Both the position numbers and the translations under genes were made by a program. The notes below the pieces were generated by a model that saw only the letters and a program-made list of their open reading frames with translations, was not told the DNA's origin and did no database searches. Of a stretch of DNA of 57,292 nt, positions 36,734-45,459 are shown in pieces. Source of the DNA: Verrucomicrobiota bacterium (GTDB taxonomy: Bacteria > Verrucomicrobiota > Verrucomicrobiia > Opitutales > Opitutaceae); assembly GCA_023443985.1 (NCBI GenBank), contig JAEZSJ010000363.1, positions 1 through 57,292 on the forward strand, given 5' to 3'. Numbering within the stretch: the stretch's first letter is position 1; each line of letters starts with the position of its first letter.

Positions 36734-36754
36734 CGACGGGCTTGGGGACCGTCG
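36734..36754 (-). promoter_or_regulatory. Conserved 5'-leader stem-loop, 26 nt upstream of the receptor start codon
   Basis: CGACGG-N9-CCGTCG, with loop GCTTGGGGA versus GTTTGGGAT in the paralogous leader. Confidence 0.45.
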
Positions 36755-37034
36755 GATTGCCATGCCGAGCCGCCAGGGGGACAGCGGCTCAGCCGGCAAA
36801 AGGGGCGAGAAAAGAACAGGACCTCCGCGGCCTACGGCCGCCGGATGTCGGCGCAACCACGTTCTGGAGGCAGGGCTCTTTCGCGCAGTTGCAGCTATCT
36901 CGGGCTTGGGGAACCCGGGAAAATCACGGCGGGCCTCCGGGACACAACCGACGGCGGACTCTAATTGTTGAGTGGCCCGCGCGGGCGTGTTCTGCGGCTT
37001 GCCCGCAGGCGGCCGAGCTCGCAGGTTCGTCTGC

Positions 37035-38072
37035 ATGAGTCTGCGCCGCATCGCCGCCACCCTGGGGCTCTCCCCGTCCGCGGTCTCGCTCGCCCTGCGC
37101 AACAGCCCCAAGATCCCCGAGGGCACCCGGGCGAAGGTCGCGCGCGAGGCCGAGCGCATCGGCTATCGGCCGAACGCGAAGCTCAAGGAACTCATGAGCC
37201 AACTGCGGCACAGCGGAAACCGCGCGCACGAGGCGTGCTTCGGGGTCGTCTCGTTGTACGAGAACGCCAGACCCTGGGAGCAGTCGCGGCATCTGGGCCG
37301 CGTCTATTCCAGCATGCAGCGGCGCGCCGATGCGCTCGGCTACCGGCTGGAGCCGCTCTGGCTGCGCGCCCCGGGCATGACCCTGCCGCGCTTTCGCACG
37401 ATTTTGGATACACGCGGGATGCAGGGGCTGCTCTGCTTCGGAAGCCCCAACCTCGGCGACCAGTTCCCCGCCGAGCTCGACCACTTCGCAATCGTCACGC
37501 TGGGCCTGAGCATCGCGACGCCCCTCCACCGCGTGACGAGCCATTTCTACAACGACATGGCCCACGCGCTCGCGATCGCCCACGCGCGGGGTTATCGCCG
37601 CCCCGGGCTCGTGCTGGGCAACTACGAGGAGAGCCGCAGCGCCCACGCGTACAGCAGCGCCTACCTCGGCTGGTGCGAGCACACCTTTGGCATCCCCGCG
37701 CCGGTGCCGGTGCTCCGCACCAACCAGGTCGAGGAGAAGCCCCTGCTCGAGTGGCTCGGCCGGCACCGGCCCGATGTCGTGATCTTCGTCCACCTCTACA
37801 CCGTCCTCGGCGAGTTGCAGCAGGTGCTCCAGCGCAACGGCATCCACGCACCCCGCGACCTCGGGGTGATTGCGATCAGCCAGATCATCGAGGACACCTC
37901 GTTCACCGGCATGCAGCAGAACCAGGATCTCATCGGCGCCTGGGCCGTCGAGCTGCTGGTCTCGCGCATCCACAATCAGGATTTCGGCATCCCCGCCAAT
38001 CCCCGGATCGAGATGGTGGAGAGCCGCTGGTGCGAGGGCGGCACCCTCCGCCCCGCGGAAGTGCCGGGCTGA
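37035..38072 (+). CDS. LacI-family transcriptional regulator
   Basis: ATG at 37035. MSLRRIAATLGLSPSAVSLALRNSPKIPEGTRAKVAREAERIGYRPN is a LacI HTH, followed by a periplasmic-binding-protein-like domain. Divergent from the receptor gene. Confidence 0.85.
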   Translation: MSLRRIAATLGLSPSAVSLALRNSPKIPEGTRAKVAREAERIGYRPNAKLKELMSQLRHSGNRAHEACFGVVSLYENARPWEQSRHLGRVYSSMQRRADALGYRLEPLWLRAPGMTLPRFRTILDTRGMQGLLCFGSPNLGDQFPAELDHFAIVTLGLSIATPLHRVTSHFYNDMAHALAIAHARGYRRPGLVLGNYEESRSAHAYSSAYLGWCEHTFGIPAPVPVLRTNQVEEKPLLEWLGRHRPDVVIFVHLYTVLGELQQVLQRNGIHAPRDLGVIAISQIIEDTSFTGMQQNQDLIGAWAVELLVSRIHNQDFGIPANPRIEMVESRWCEGGTLRPAEVPG

Positions 38073-38093
38073 AGCGCCCGCTGCGTCGCGCCG

Positions 38094-38741
38094 TCAACAG
38101 GCCCGGGTCTCGAGCGCCGCGCGCAAGGCCGCCAGCTTCGCCGGATCCTTCCGGCCGGGCGCCGCCTCGACGCCGCTGTTCACGTCGAGCAACTCCGCCC
38201 CGGTCGCGGCCACCGCGTCGCCGATGTTCGCCGGCGACAGGCCGCCCGCGAGCACCCAGCACTTCTCGGGATGCGCCTCGCGGTGGCGGCGGAACTTCGC
38301 CCAGTCGCCCGTCCGGCCCGTGCCGCCGAAGCCCGAGGCCTGATAGGTGTCGAGCAGCCACGTCCGCGCGAGCTCGAGCGCGGCGGCCGGGACCTCCGCC
38401 TCCGGCGGCAGCTTCGGCGCCAGCCACAACCGCGCCGCCCCCGCCCGCGCCGCGGCCACGCGCACCGCCTCCGTGTCTGTGTCCGAGAAATGGATCTGCA
38501 GGAAATCAAAACCGGCCCCGAGAGCCGCCTCCACCTCATGGATCGTCGGCGCCACCATCACCGCCACCTGCGGCAGCACGGGCAGCCGCGGTCGCAGCGC
38601 GACAAAGCGCTCCAGCGGCAGATACCGCGGCGACTTCGGATGGAGGATGAAGCCGAGGTAGTCCGCGCCGATGCCGGCGGCCGCCACGGCGTCCTCCACC
38701 GTGGTCAGGCCGCAGACTTTCACCCGGAGGCCGCCGATCAT
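38094..38741 (-). CDS. trpF: Phosphoribosylanthranilate isomerase
   Basis: ATG at 38741 (MIGGLRVKVCGLT...). GADYLGFI, LLDT...GGTG, LAGGLSPANI and VDVNSGVE motifs. The ATG overlaps the DegT stop (ATGA). Confidence 0.9.
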   Translation of the reverse strand: MIGGLRVKVCGLTTVEDAVAAAGIGADYLGFILHPKSPRYLPLERFVALRPRLPVLPQVAVMVAPTIHEVEAALGAGFDFLQIHFSDTDTEAVRVAAARAGAARLWLAPKLPPEAEVPAAALELARTWLLDTYQASGFGGTGRTGDWAKFRRHREAHPEKCWVLAGGLSPANIGDAVAATGAELLDVNSGVEAAPGRKDPAKLAALRAALETRAC

Positions 38742-39838
38742 CCCTTGAACGCGTTGATCGTGGCGATCACGTGGTCGACCTGCGCGTCGGTCAGCTCGGG
38801 GAAGATCGGCAGGCTCAGGCAGTTTGCGCACACGCGCTCGGCCTGCGGGATCGAGCCGGGCTGGTAGCCGAGTGCGGCGTAGCAGGGCTGCAGATGCAGC
38901 GGCATCGGGTAGATCAGGTCGGTGCCGATCTCGGCCTTCGTCAGGTGCTCGCGCAGCGCCTCCCGGCGCGGATGGGTGACGGTGAACTGGTGGAACACCG
39001 ACTCGCCCCACGTCTGCGGCTGCGGGACGGTGAGCCCCGCCAGCGCCACACCGGCACGGTAACGGGCGGCGATCGCGCGGCGGCGCGCGGTCCAGCCGGC
39101 GAGGTGCTTGAGCTTCACGTTCAACGCCCCGGCCTGCAGCCCCTCCATGCGGAAGTTGCCGCCGACATGGTCGTGGTAGTAGCGCCGGTCGGAGCCGTGT
39201 ACCCGAAGTGTGCGGACACGCCGGAGGATGTCGGCGTGTTTCGAGACCACGGCCCCGCCCTCGCCGCAGCCACCGAGGTTCTTGGTCGGATAGAAGCTGA
39301 ACGTGCCCGCGTCGCCCACGAGGCCGACCGGCCGGCCGCGGTACTGGGCGAGGTGCGCCTGCGCACAGTCCTCGATCACCTTCAGGCCGCGCTCGGCCGC
39401 GAGCGCGAGGATCTCGTCCATCGGCGCCGGCTGGCCAAAGAGGTGCACCACCACGATGGCCTTCGTCCTCGGCGTGAGCACGGCGCGGATCGTCGCGGCG
39501 GTCACGCAATAGTGCGCCGGATCGATATCCGCGAAAACAGGACGGGCGCCCACGTACGTGGCCGTCCACGCGGAGGCGATGAAGGTGAACGCCGGCACGA
39601 TCACGTCGTCCCCCGGCCCGAGGCCGAGCGCGAGGGCGGCGAGCTGCAGGGCGCTGGTGCCGTTGTCCACACCGACCGCATCGGGCGCGCCGCTCGCGGC
39701 GGCGAACGCCCTCTCGAAGTCTTCCACATCGCGGCCGAGGCAGAAACGGTTGCCATCGAGCGTCGCGGCCCAAGCGGCGAGAATTTCGGCGCGCAGAGGC
39801 TGATGCTGGAGCGTGAGGTCGAGGAACGGTACTTTCAT
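38738..39838 (-). CDS. DegT/DnrJ/EryC1/StrS-family PLP aminotransferase (sugar aminotransferase type)
   Basis: 366 aa. VDNGTSALQLA, VPAFTFIAS, EDCAQAH, and FSFYPTKNLG (PLP lysine). Confidence 0.9.
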   Translation of the reverse strand: MKVPFLDLTLQHQPLRAEILAAWAATLDGNRFCLGRDVEDFERAFAAASGAPDAVGVDNGTSALQLAALALGLGPGDDVIVPAFTFIASAWTATYVGARPVFADIDPAHYCVTAATIRAVLTPRTKAIVVVHLFGQPAPMDEILALAAERGLKVIEDCAQAHLAQYRGRPVGLVGDAGTFSFYPTKNLGGCGEGGAVVSKHADILRRVRTLRVHGSDRRYYHDHVGGNFRMEGLQAGALNVKLKHLAGWTARRRAIAARYRAGVALAGLTVPQPQTWGESVFHQFTVTHPRREALREHLTKAEIGTDLIYPMPLHLQPCYAALGYQPGSIPQAERVCANCLSLPIFPELTDAQVDHVIATINAFKG

Positions 39839-39949
39839 CGAACCCCGACTAATTCAGACCGGCGCCGGGGAATCCACGCCAAAGTCGGCGCGAACCGTTC
39901 CGGGTCGGGCCGCGGCGCCGGCCGCTTCGACCCGCGAGCCCCGCGCCGG

Positions 39950-40231
39950 TCACCGCGGCTCGAGCTCCAGCTGCGGGTTCAACAGGCAGACGGAGAGCGC
40001 GCGCGGATCGCCCGGTTCGTGGGCACCGGCCGTGGTGGCTTGGAACCTCAGCACGGCCCAGTCGCCGCCCACCGGCAACGGATGCAACCGGATGGTCCGC
40101 CAGTCGCGCCCCACCTGCCCGCGCCACAACTCGCGCCCGCCGCAGGAGATCGCCAGCTCCCGGGAGTCGGGAGACCGGATGGTGATCACGGCCGCGATCG
40201 AGGCGCCGCCGCCCAGATCCCACGAGCGCAC
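39950..40231 (-). CDS. Coding segment in a different frame: either a 93-aa protein (GTG start) or the frameshifted C-terminal domain of the upstream membrane protein
   Basis: Very high GC3 and a globular-looking sequence (RSWDLGGGASIAAVITIRSPDSRELAISCGGRELWRGQV...LRFQ...). GTG at 40231 has AGGAGG 11 nt upstream. Overlaps the end of 40186..41490 by 46 nt. Confidence 0.4.
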   Translation of the reverse strand: MRSWDLGGGASIAAVITIRSPDSRELAISCGGRELWRGQVGRDWRTIRLHPLPVGGDWAVLRFQATTAGAHEPGDPRALSVCLLNPQLELEPR

Positions 40232-41490
40232 CCGGCACTCCGCCTCCTGGTCCGCCCAGGTCCAGCGGTCGCGAAGGTCCGCGAGTCGGCGCGGACCAGC
40301 GTGTCCGCGAGGCCCCCGGGCACCGAGAGATTCAGCAGCAGGAGCCAACCCCAGGCCCAACGGCTCCGGAGCGCCATCACATTGCAGGCCAGGAGCAGGG
40401 GCAGCAGCACGCGCGTGGTCGCGCCCAAGTACCCTTCCCACACCGCGTGGCCCAACACCAACATCAACAGGGCGAAGCCCGCGCCGAGGCGCCACCAGCG
40501 ATCGCGCACATCGACGTGGGAGACGACAAACAGCAACTGGGCCGTGCCGCCCACGAGGGCCAACAAAGACCACCACGCAAGCCACGGGTCGGGACAACTG
40601 CGCAGCCAGCCGACCGAATCCCGCCAGTACTTCACCAAGCCCGCGAACGGCATGGCGAAGTTTCCGATTCCTTCGCTCATCTGTCCGACGCGGTATCGGA
40701 CGTAAACCATCCACACGACATAGGGCACGATGGCCAGCGCGAGCCAGAGCACCCCGCGGCGCCACCGGACCGACCACTCCCACGCCTGCGCGCAGAGACC
40801 CCAAGCACCCGCGAACATCGTCTCTCGGGTGAGCAGACCCGCGCCAAGCCACGCCGCCATCCATCCCTCGCGGCCGCCCCGGGCCGCTCGCACCGCCAGC
40901 ACCAGCAGCAGCAGCGCGGGCAGGTCGGTGAGCGAATAACGGGCACTGGCCAGCGACCCGGCGGAGAACATCACCCCGCCCCACGCGAGCAGTCCGCGCC
41001 AGTGCTGATCCACTTCGAGCAACGACCACAGCAGCCCGGCGAGAACCAGCCAGCACGCGATGTTCAGCCACGGGTAGATCGCCACCGCCCGCCCGGGATC
41101 ACCAAACCCCAGGAGCCATGCCACCGCCGGCAGCAGGATACGGCGCGCGCGGTAGGAAAGGGAGTCGATCGCGGCGGGCAACGCGGGCGAGCGCAGCGTC
41201 GGATCACAAGCCAGCTGCGCATAGTACTGCCCGTCGTACCCGCCGTCGTTCAACGCCACCGGCCGCGCCCGCAGCGCGGGCATGAGCCGGGGCTCGTTGT
41301 GCCGGTCCACCTGCAGCAACGGCGTGAAGTGGTAGACCGGATGCCAGAGCTGGACGAGGAGCGCGCAGAACCCCGCGACGAGCGCCAGGCCCGCCAGGCG
41401 CCGCAGATTCCGCTGCCCCTGTGCACCGGCCAGCCGGATCCAGACCGGAGGCACGGCGGCCCACCAGCGGGAGAACGGGCCGCCTCTCAC
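40186..41490 (-). CDS. Polytopic integral membrane protein, possible GT-C-like glycosyltransferase
   Basis: GTG at 41490. Many hydrophobic helices and an NDGGYDGQYYAQLA loop motif. The last ~40 codons (Arg-rich) look non-coding. The family assignment is a guess. Confidence 0.65.
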   Translation of the reverse strand: MRGGPFSRWWAAVPPVWIRLAGAQGQRNLRRLAGLALVAGFCALLVQLWHPVYHFTPLLQVDRHNEPRLMPALRARPVALNDGGYDGQYYAQLACDPTLRSPALPAAIDSLSYRARRILLPAVAWLLGFGDPGRAVAIYPWLNIACWLVLAGLLWSLLEVDQHWRGLLAWGGVMFSAGSLASARYSLTDLPALLLLVLAVRAARGGREGWMAAWLGAGLLTRETMFAGAWGLCAQAWEWSVRWRRGVLWLALAIVPYVVWMVYVRYRVGQMSEGIGNFAMPFAGLVKYWRDSVGWLRSCPDPWLAWWSLLALVGGTAQLLFVVSHVDVRDRWWRLGAGFALLMLVLGHAVWEGYLGATTRVLLPLLLACNVMALRSRWAWGWLLLLNLSVPGGLADTLVRADSRTFATAGPGRTRRRSAGCARGIWAAAPRSRP

Positions 41491-41670
41491 GCCGCGGCCT
41501 TTCCGCGGGGTGGGAACTCTGTCGTATCCCGTTCATGAATTCTTTTCAGCATGCAGGCGCGCAGACATGCCATGCCTGCATACCACGAACAAGAGGAAAC
41601 CGGGCGACTCCGCCTCCCCGCGGAGCGGCCGGCCGGAGCAGCCTCCGGCCGACGGGGCTCGGAGCGCCCC

Positions 41671-43344
41671 TCAGCGTTCGCGGCGCACGTGCGGACCGAC
41701 GACCGCGCCCGTGAAGTGGATGCCGCCGCCGGCCGCGTTCGTCGTGATCGGCGTGAAGTCGGCCTCGGCCACGAGCGCCCGCCATTCGCCTTCGGGCTCG
41801 CGGTAGGCGAAGCCGCCCGTCAGTTCGTCGCCCCGCACGCGCAGCTCCAGGCGCTCCGCCTGCGGAACGACCGCGCTCGCGAGCTTCGCCGGCTGGCCGC
41901 CGTCGGCGAGTTCGACGAACACCTCGAGCCCCTCGGCGGCGCGGCGCACGCCGAAGAAGTAATGCTGCTTCTCGTTCTGGAAGAGCGCGAGACCGGCGGC
42001 GACGCCCGCCTCTGCCGGCGTGCTCAGCAACGTGGAGGCGTCGAACTTCGCGTGTTGCACGCGCCGCCCGAGGAAGGCCGGGTTGCCAAGGCCGGCGAGG
42101 GTGTCGGCGCGGGGGGCGAGACTCAGCTGCCCTTTCGGGGCCGCGAGGTTCCACCACGTCTCGGCCGGGGTGCGCGCCATGAGCCAGAGCGGGTCGAGCT
42201 GCGCGGAGCCGGACTCGAAATCATCGCGCCAGGTGAAGTTGCCGGAGAGCGGCACGGGGGCCGGGCTGCGCGCGGCGGTCTGCGGGGCAGGCACCACGTG
42301 GGGGACACGCACGCCGGGCGGCAGGATCAACGGCCAGCCGTCGGCGGTCCATTCCACCGGCAGGAGGAACGTCTCGCGGCCGGTGGCCTGGTAGCCGTTC
42401 TGGAACGGGCGGCAGGCGAGAAACACCGCCCACCAGTGGCCGTCGGGGCCCTCGACGAGGTTGGCATGACCGGTCGCGGTGACGGCGTGGGGCGCGTTGC
42501 CGTCGAGGTCGCGCTGGGTGAGGATCGGGTTCTTCTCCCAAGGCACGAACGGGCCGGTGGGCGACTTGCTGCGAAGGATCACCTGCGAGTGGTTGGTGCT
42601 CGTGCCGCCCTCGGCGCAACAGATGTAGTACCAGCCGTCCTTCTTGAAGAGATGCGGGCCCTCGATCCACACGGGCTTCTTGCTGAGGTCCACGCCGCCG
42701 TTGACCACGATCGAGCGGGGGCCGACGAGCTCGCGTTTCGCGACATCGAACTCCTGGATCCAGATCGCGCGGTGCCCCTCGTAGAGCGGTTTGTTGTCGG
42801 GCGGATTGCCGTTGTTCAGCATCCAGGCGCGGCCGTCGTCATCGAAGAACAACGACGGATCGATGCCGTCGAACGGCAGCCACTGCGGATCGGACCACGG
42901 GCCGGCCGGATCGGTGGCCGTCACGAGGAAGTTGCCGCCGCCGTCCACCAGCGTGCAGACGACGTAGAAGACGCCGTTGTGGTACTTGATGGTGGGGGCG
43001 AAAAGCCCCCGCGTGATGCGCAGCCCGGTGAAGCTCATCTGCGAAGGGCGGTCGATCACGTGGCCGAGCTGCTTCCAGTTCACGAGATCGCGGCTGTGGA
43101 AGACCGGGATGCCCGGGAAATACGAGAACGTGGAATTGATGAGGTAGTAGTCCTCCCCCACCCGGCAGATCGCGGGATCGGGATAGAAGCCCGCGAGGAT
43201 CGGGTTGCGGAAGTGGCCTGCGGGCAACGGCGCGGCGGAGATGTCGTCGCGGCCGGTGTACTCGAACCAGTCGAAGCGGACGGGCTCCGCGGCGAGACCG
43301 AGCGCGGAAGCGGAGAGAAGGGCGGTGGCGATGAGACGTTTCAT
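41671..43344 (-). CDS. GH43 beta-xylosidase / alpha-L-arabinofuranosidase with C-terminal beta-sandwich domain
   Basis: ATG at 43344 with a signal peptide. NPILAGFYPDPAICRVGEDYYLINSTFSYFPGIPVFHSRDLVNWKQ and IEGPHLFKKDGWYY motifs. Confidence 0.9.
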   Translation of the reverse strand: MKRLIATALLSASALGLAAEPVRFDWFEYTGRDDISAAPLPAGHFRNPILAGFYPDPAICRVGEDYYLINSTFSYFPGIPVFHSRDLVNWKQLGHVIDRPSQMSFTGLRITRGLFAPTIKYHNGVFYVVCTLVDGGGNFLVTATDPAGPWSDPQWLPFDGIDPSLFFDDDGRAWMLNNGNPPDNKPLYEGHRAIWIQEFDVAKRELVGPRSIVVNGGVDLSKKPVWIEGPHLFKKDGWYYICCAEGGTSTNHSQVILRSKSPTGPFVPWEKNPILTQRDLDGNAPHAVTATGHANLVEGPDGHWWAVFLACRPFQNGYQATGRETFLLPVEWTADGWPLILPPGVRVPHVVPAPQTAARSPAPVPLSGNFTWRDDFESGSAQLDPLWLMARTPAETWWNLAAPKGQLSLAPRADTLAGLGNPAFLGRRVQHAKFDASTLLSTPAEAGVAAGLALFQNEKQHYFFGVRRAAEGLEVFVELADGGQPAKLASAVVPQAERLELRVRGDELTGGFAYREPEGEWRALVAEADFTPITTNAAGGGIHFTGAVVGPHVRRER

Positions 43345-43381
43345 GGAGAAAGAAGCAGGCGTCGACGTGTCTTGGCGTTGG

Positions 43382-45325
43382 TTACCAGTTGTCGGAACGG
43401 AACGGGGCGGCGGGAAGACCCGCGCCGTTGAAGAGGGTGGCGAGCGGATTCGCCTGCCACGCATAGCGCACGGCGACGGGCTGTGGAACCTGCGCCGAGG
43501 AGACGACCACCGTGTCGCCCTCGATCCGCGCGTCGGCCCAGTGCCAGACCTTGTCCGCGCCGGCGACGGCGAACTCGCCGAGCTTGTCGCCCCTCACGAC
43601 CAGCCCGCCCTCCGTGCCCGAAAAGATGATGCGCAGCGCGCCCGGGAGCGGCTCCAGGCTGGCGAAGGTCGGCCCGGCGGTGACGACGTCGCGCCCGTGG
43701 ACCTCCTTCAGCGCGAGTCGGGCGAGACGCTCGCCCACGGGAACCTTCTCGGTCGGGTGGATGTTGTCGGCGTCGCCGGTGTCGACGGTGACGATCGCCG
43801 CGGCGCCGGGGATGCTGCGGCCGAGCTCAAGCTGGATCTCGCGGATCTGGGTCCAGCCGTCGGCCGTGGCCGGCGGCTCGGCCAGGCGTTTCGTGAACGC
43901 CGGGAGGCTGACGATGTAGAACGGGAAGTCGCCCTGACCGAAGGCGGCGCGCCAATCGGCGATCATCGCCGGCAGGAGCGTGCGGTATTGCTGCGCCTTG
44001 AATTGGTTGGCCTCGCCTTGGTACCAGAGCGCGCCGGTGAGCGCGAGCGGCGCGAAGGGATGGATCATGCCCTGATAGAGGACCGACGGCATCGTCGGGT
44101 AGTTTTCGAAGGCGAGCGGCATCGGGTGCGGAGCGCGGGCATCGACGCTGACCGTGCCCTTCCAAGCACCCTCGAGCGCGACCTCCGACCCATCGCCCAG
44201 GACAATCTTCAGATCCGCGGCGGGGTTGACGAAACCGCCGTCGGGTTTCGTCTTGAAAACGCGGATAGCGATCCGGTTCTTGCCCGGGCGAAGCACGTCC
44301 GGGCTGATGAAGTAGGCCCGCGGATTCTCGACCCAGGAACTGGCGCCGACCCAGCGGCCGTTGAGGTGGACAGTATCCATCTTCTCGACCACGCCGAGCA
44401 GGACCTTCGCCACGCCCGCCGGTAGCGGGTCGGGAAGATCGATCTCGCGCCGCAGCCAGACGACCGCGGGGGCCTCCGGCACGCCGAGATCGGCGAAGGC
44501 GGTCTTGAGGGTCGTCGCCTTCCAGGCGGAGTCATCGAGCGTCTCCCGGCCCCACTCCTCCTTCTGGCCGCGGTCGAATTCGTCGTACCAGTGGCTGACG
44601 AAGTTGCCGTACTCGGGCTCGCCGCGCGCCGCGAAGCGTGCGATCTCGGTCAGCGCCGGCCCAAACTCGGGCATACGCTTCAACGTCTCGGGGTCCATCC
44701 AGCACTCGGCGGGCGTACCACCGACGGCACTCTGGATCAGCCCGATGGGAACGCCGGTCTCGGCATTCACTTTGCGGGCGAAATAGTAGGCCACCGCGGA
44801 GCCGCCACCCCACAGCGGGAAGATCTCGGGCGCGCAGACTTTCCATTCACCGGCGGGCACGGCGACCGGACCGTAGGCGGACCGCGTCGGCACGCGGAAG
44901 AAGCGAATGCCGGGGTGATTCGCCGCGGCCACTTCGGCCTCACCGTCACGCGCGCCGCGCAGGCTGAACTCCATGTTCGACTGGCCGCTGCACAGCCAGA
45001 CGTCGCCCACCAGGATGTCGCCAAACTCGGCGTGCTGCGGCCCGTCGACCTTCAACGTGTAGGGACCGCCGACGGGCGGCGGGGTGAACTCGGCCTGCCA
45101 ACGACCATCGGCCGCCGCGCTCGTGGTCGCCGTCTGCCCGGCGATCTCGACGCGCACCTCGGCACCGGGAGCGGTCCAGCCCCAGATGCGGTTCGGTTTG
45201 CCGCGCTGGAGCACCATGTGCTCGCCGAAGACGGGGCTGACGAACGGCAAGGCCGCGCTGTCGGCCGCCGCGAGGCGGGCACAGAAGAGAAGGACGAGAA
45301 TCGGGGTAATCAGAACGCGGAGCAT
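43382..45325 (-). CDS. SASA-domain carbohydrate esterase (sialate O-acetylesterase family; probable acetyl-xylan esterase)
   Basis: Signal peptide, then LCSGQSNME (GDS-like nucleophile motif) and LWYQGEAN. 647 aa. Confidence 0.85.
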   Translation of the reverse strand: MLRVLITPILVLLFCARLAAADSAALPFVSPVFGEHMVLQRGKPNRIWGWTAPGAEVRVEIAGQTATTSAAADGRWQAEFTPPPVGGPYTLKVDGPQHAEFGDILVGDVWLCSGQSNMEFSLRGARDGEAEVAAANHPGIRFFRVPTRSAYGPVAVPAGEWKVCAPEIFPLWGGGSAVAYYFARKVNAETGVPIGLIQSAVGGTPAECWMDPETLKRMPEFGPALTEIARFAARGEPEYGNFVSHWYDEFDRGQKEEWGRETLDDSAWKATTLKTAFADLGVPEAPAVVWLRREIDLPDPLPAGVAKVLLGVVEKMDTVHLNGRWVGASSWVENPRAYFISPDVLRPGKNRIAIRVFKTKPDGGFVNPAADLKIVLGDGSEVALEGAWKGTVSVDARAPHPMPLAFENYPTMPSVLYQGMIHPFAPLALTGALWYQGEANQFKAQQYRTLLPAMIADWRAAFGQGDFPFYIVSLPAFTKRLAEPPATADGWTQIREIQLELGRSIPGAAAIVTVDTGDADNIHPTEKVPVGERLARLALKEVHGRDVVTAGPTFASLEPLPGALRIIFSGTEGGLVVRGDKLGEFAVAGADKVWHWADARIEGDTVVVSSAQVPQPVAVRYAWQANPLATLFNGAGLPAAPFRSDNW

Positions 45326-45459
45326 GATGGAAGGAGTCTGTCAGGCGCCGGCCGCGGCGCACGAGTGCGGCGGCACTGCATCTATAGATTGAAGCGCCCG
45401 GTGGCGGAGCGTACCCACGCGACGGGCGGGCACCGCGGAACCGGATCGACGCACGGCGC

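Noticed and set aside
36975-36986. Perfect 12-nt palindrome GCCCGCGCGGGC in the receptor/LacI spacer
   Set aside because: Pure G/C palindromes of this size are expected by chance in about 70% GC DNA, and no counterpart exists upstream of the paralogous receptor.
38742-39773. Upstream 344 codons of track ORF 38094..39773
   Set aside because: They overlap the DegT aminotransferase gene in another frame and look non-protein-like. trpF starts at ATG 38741.
41551-41651. Two hairpins (ATGCAGGC-N15-GCCTGCAT at 41551-41581; CGGCCGGAG-N4-CTCCGGCCG at 41630-41651) downstream of GH43
   Set aside because: No adjacent T-run follows either on the minus strand. I cannot distinguish a terminator, a promoter-region structure for the membrane-protein operon, or chance.
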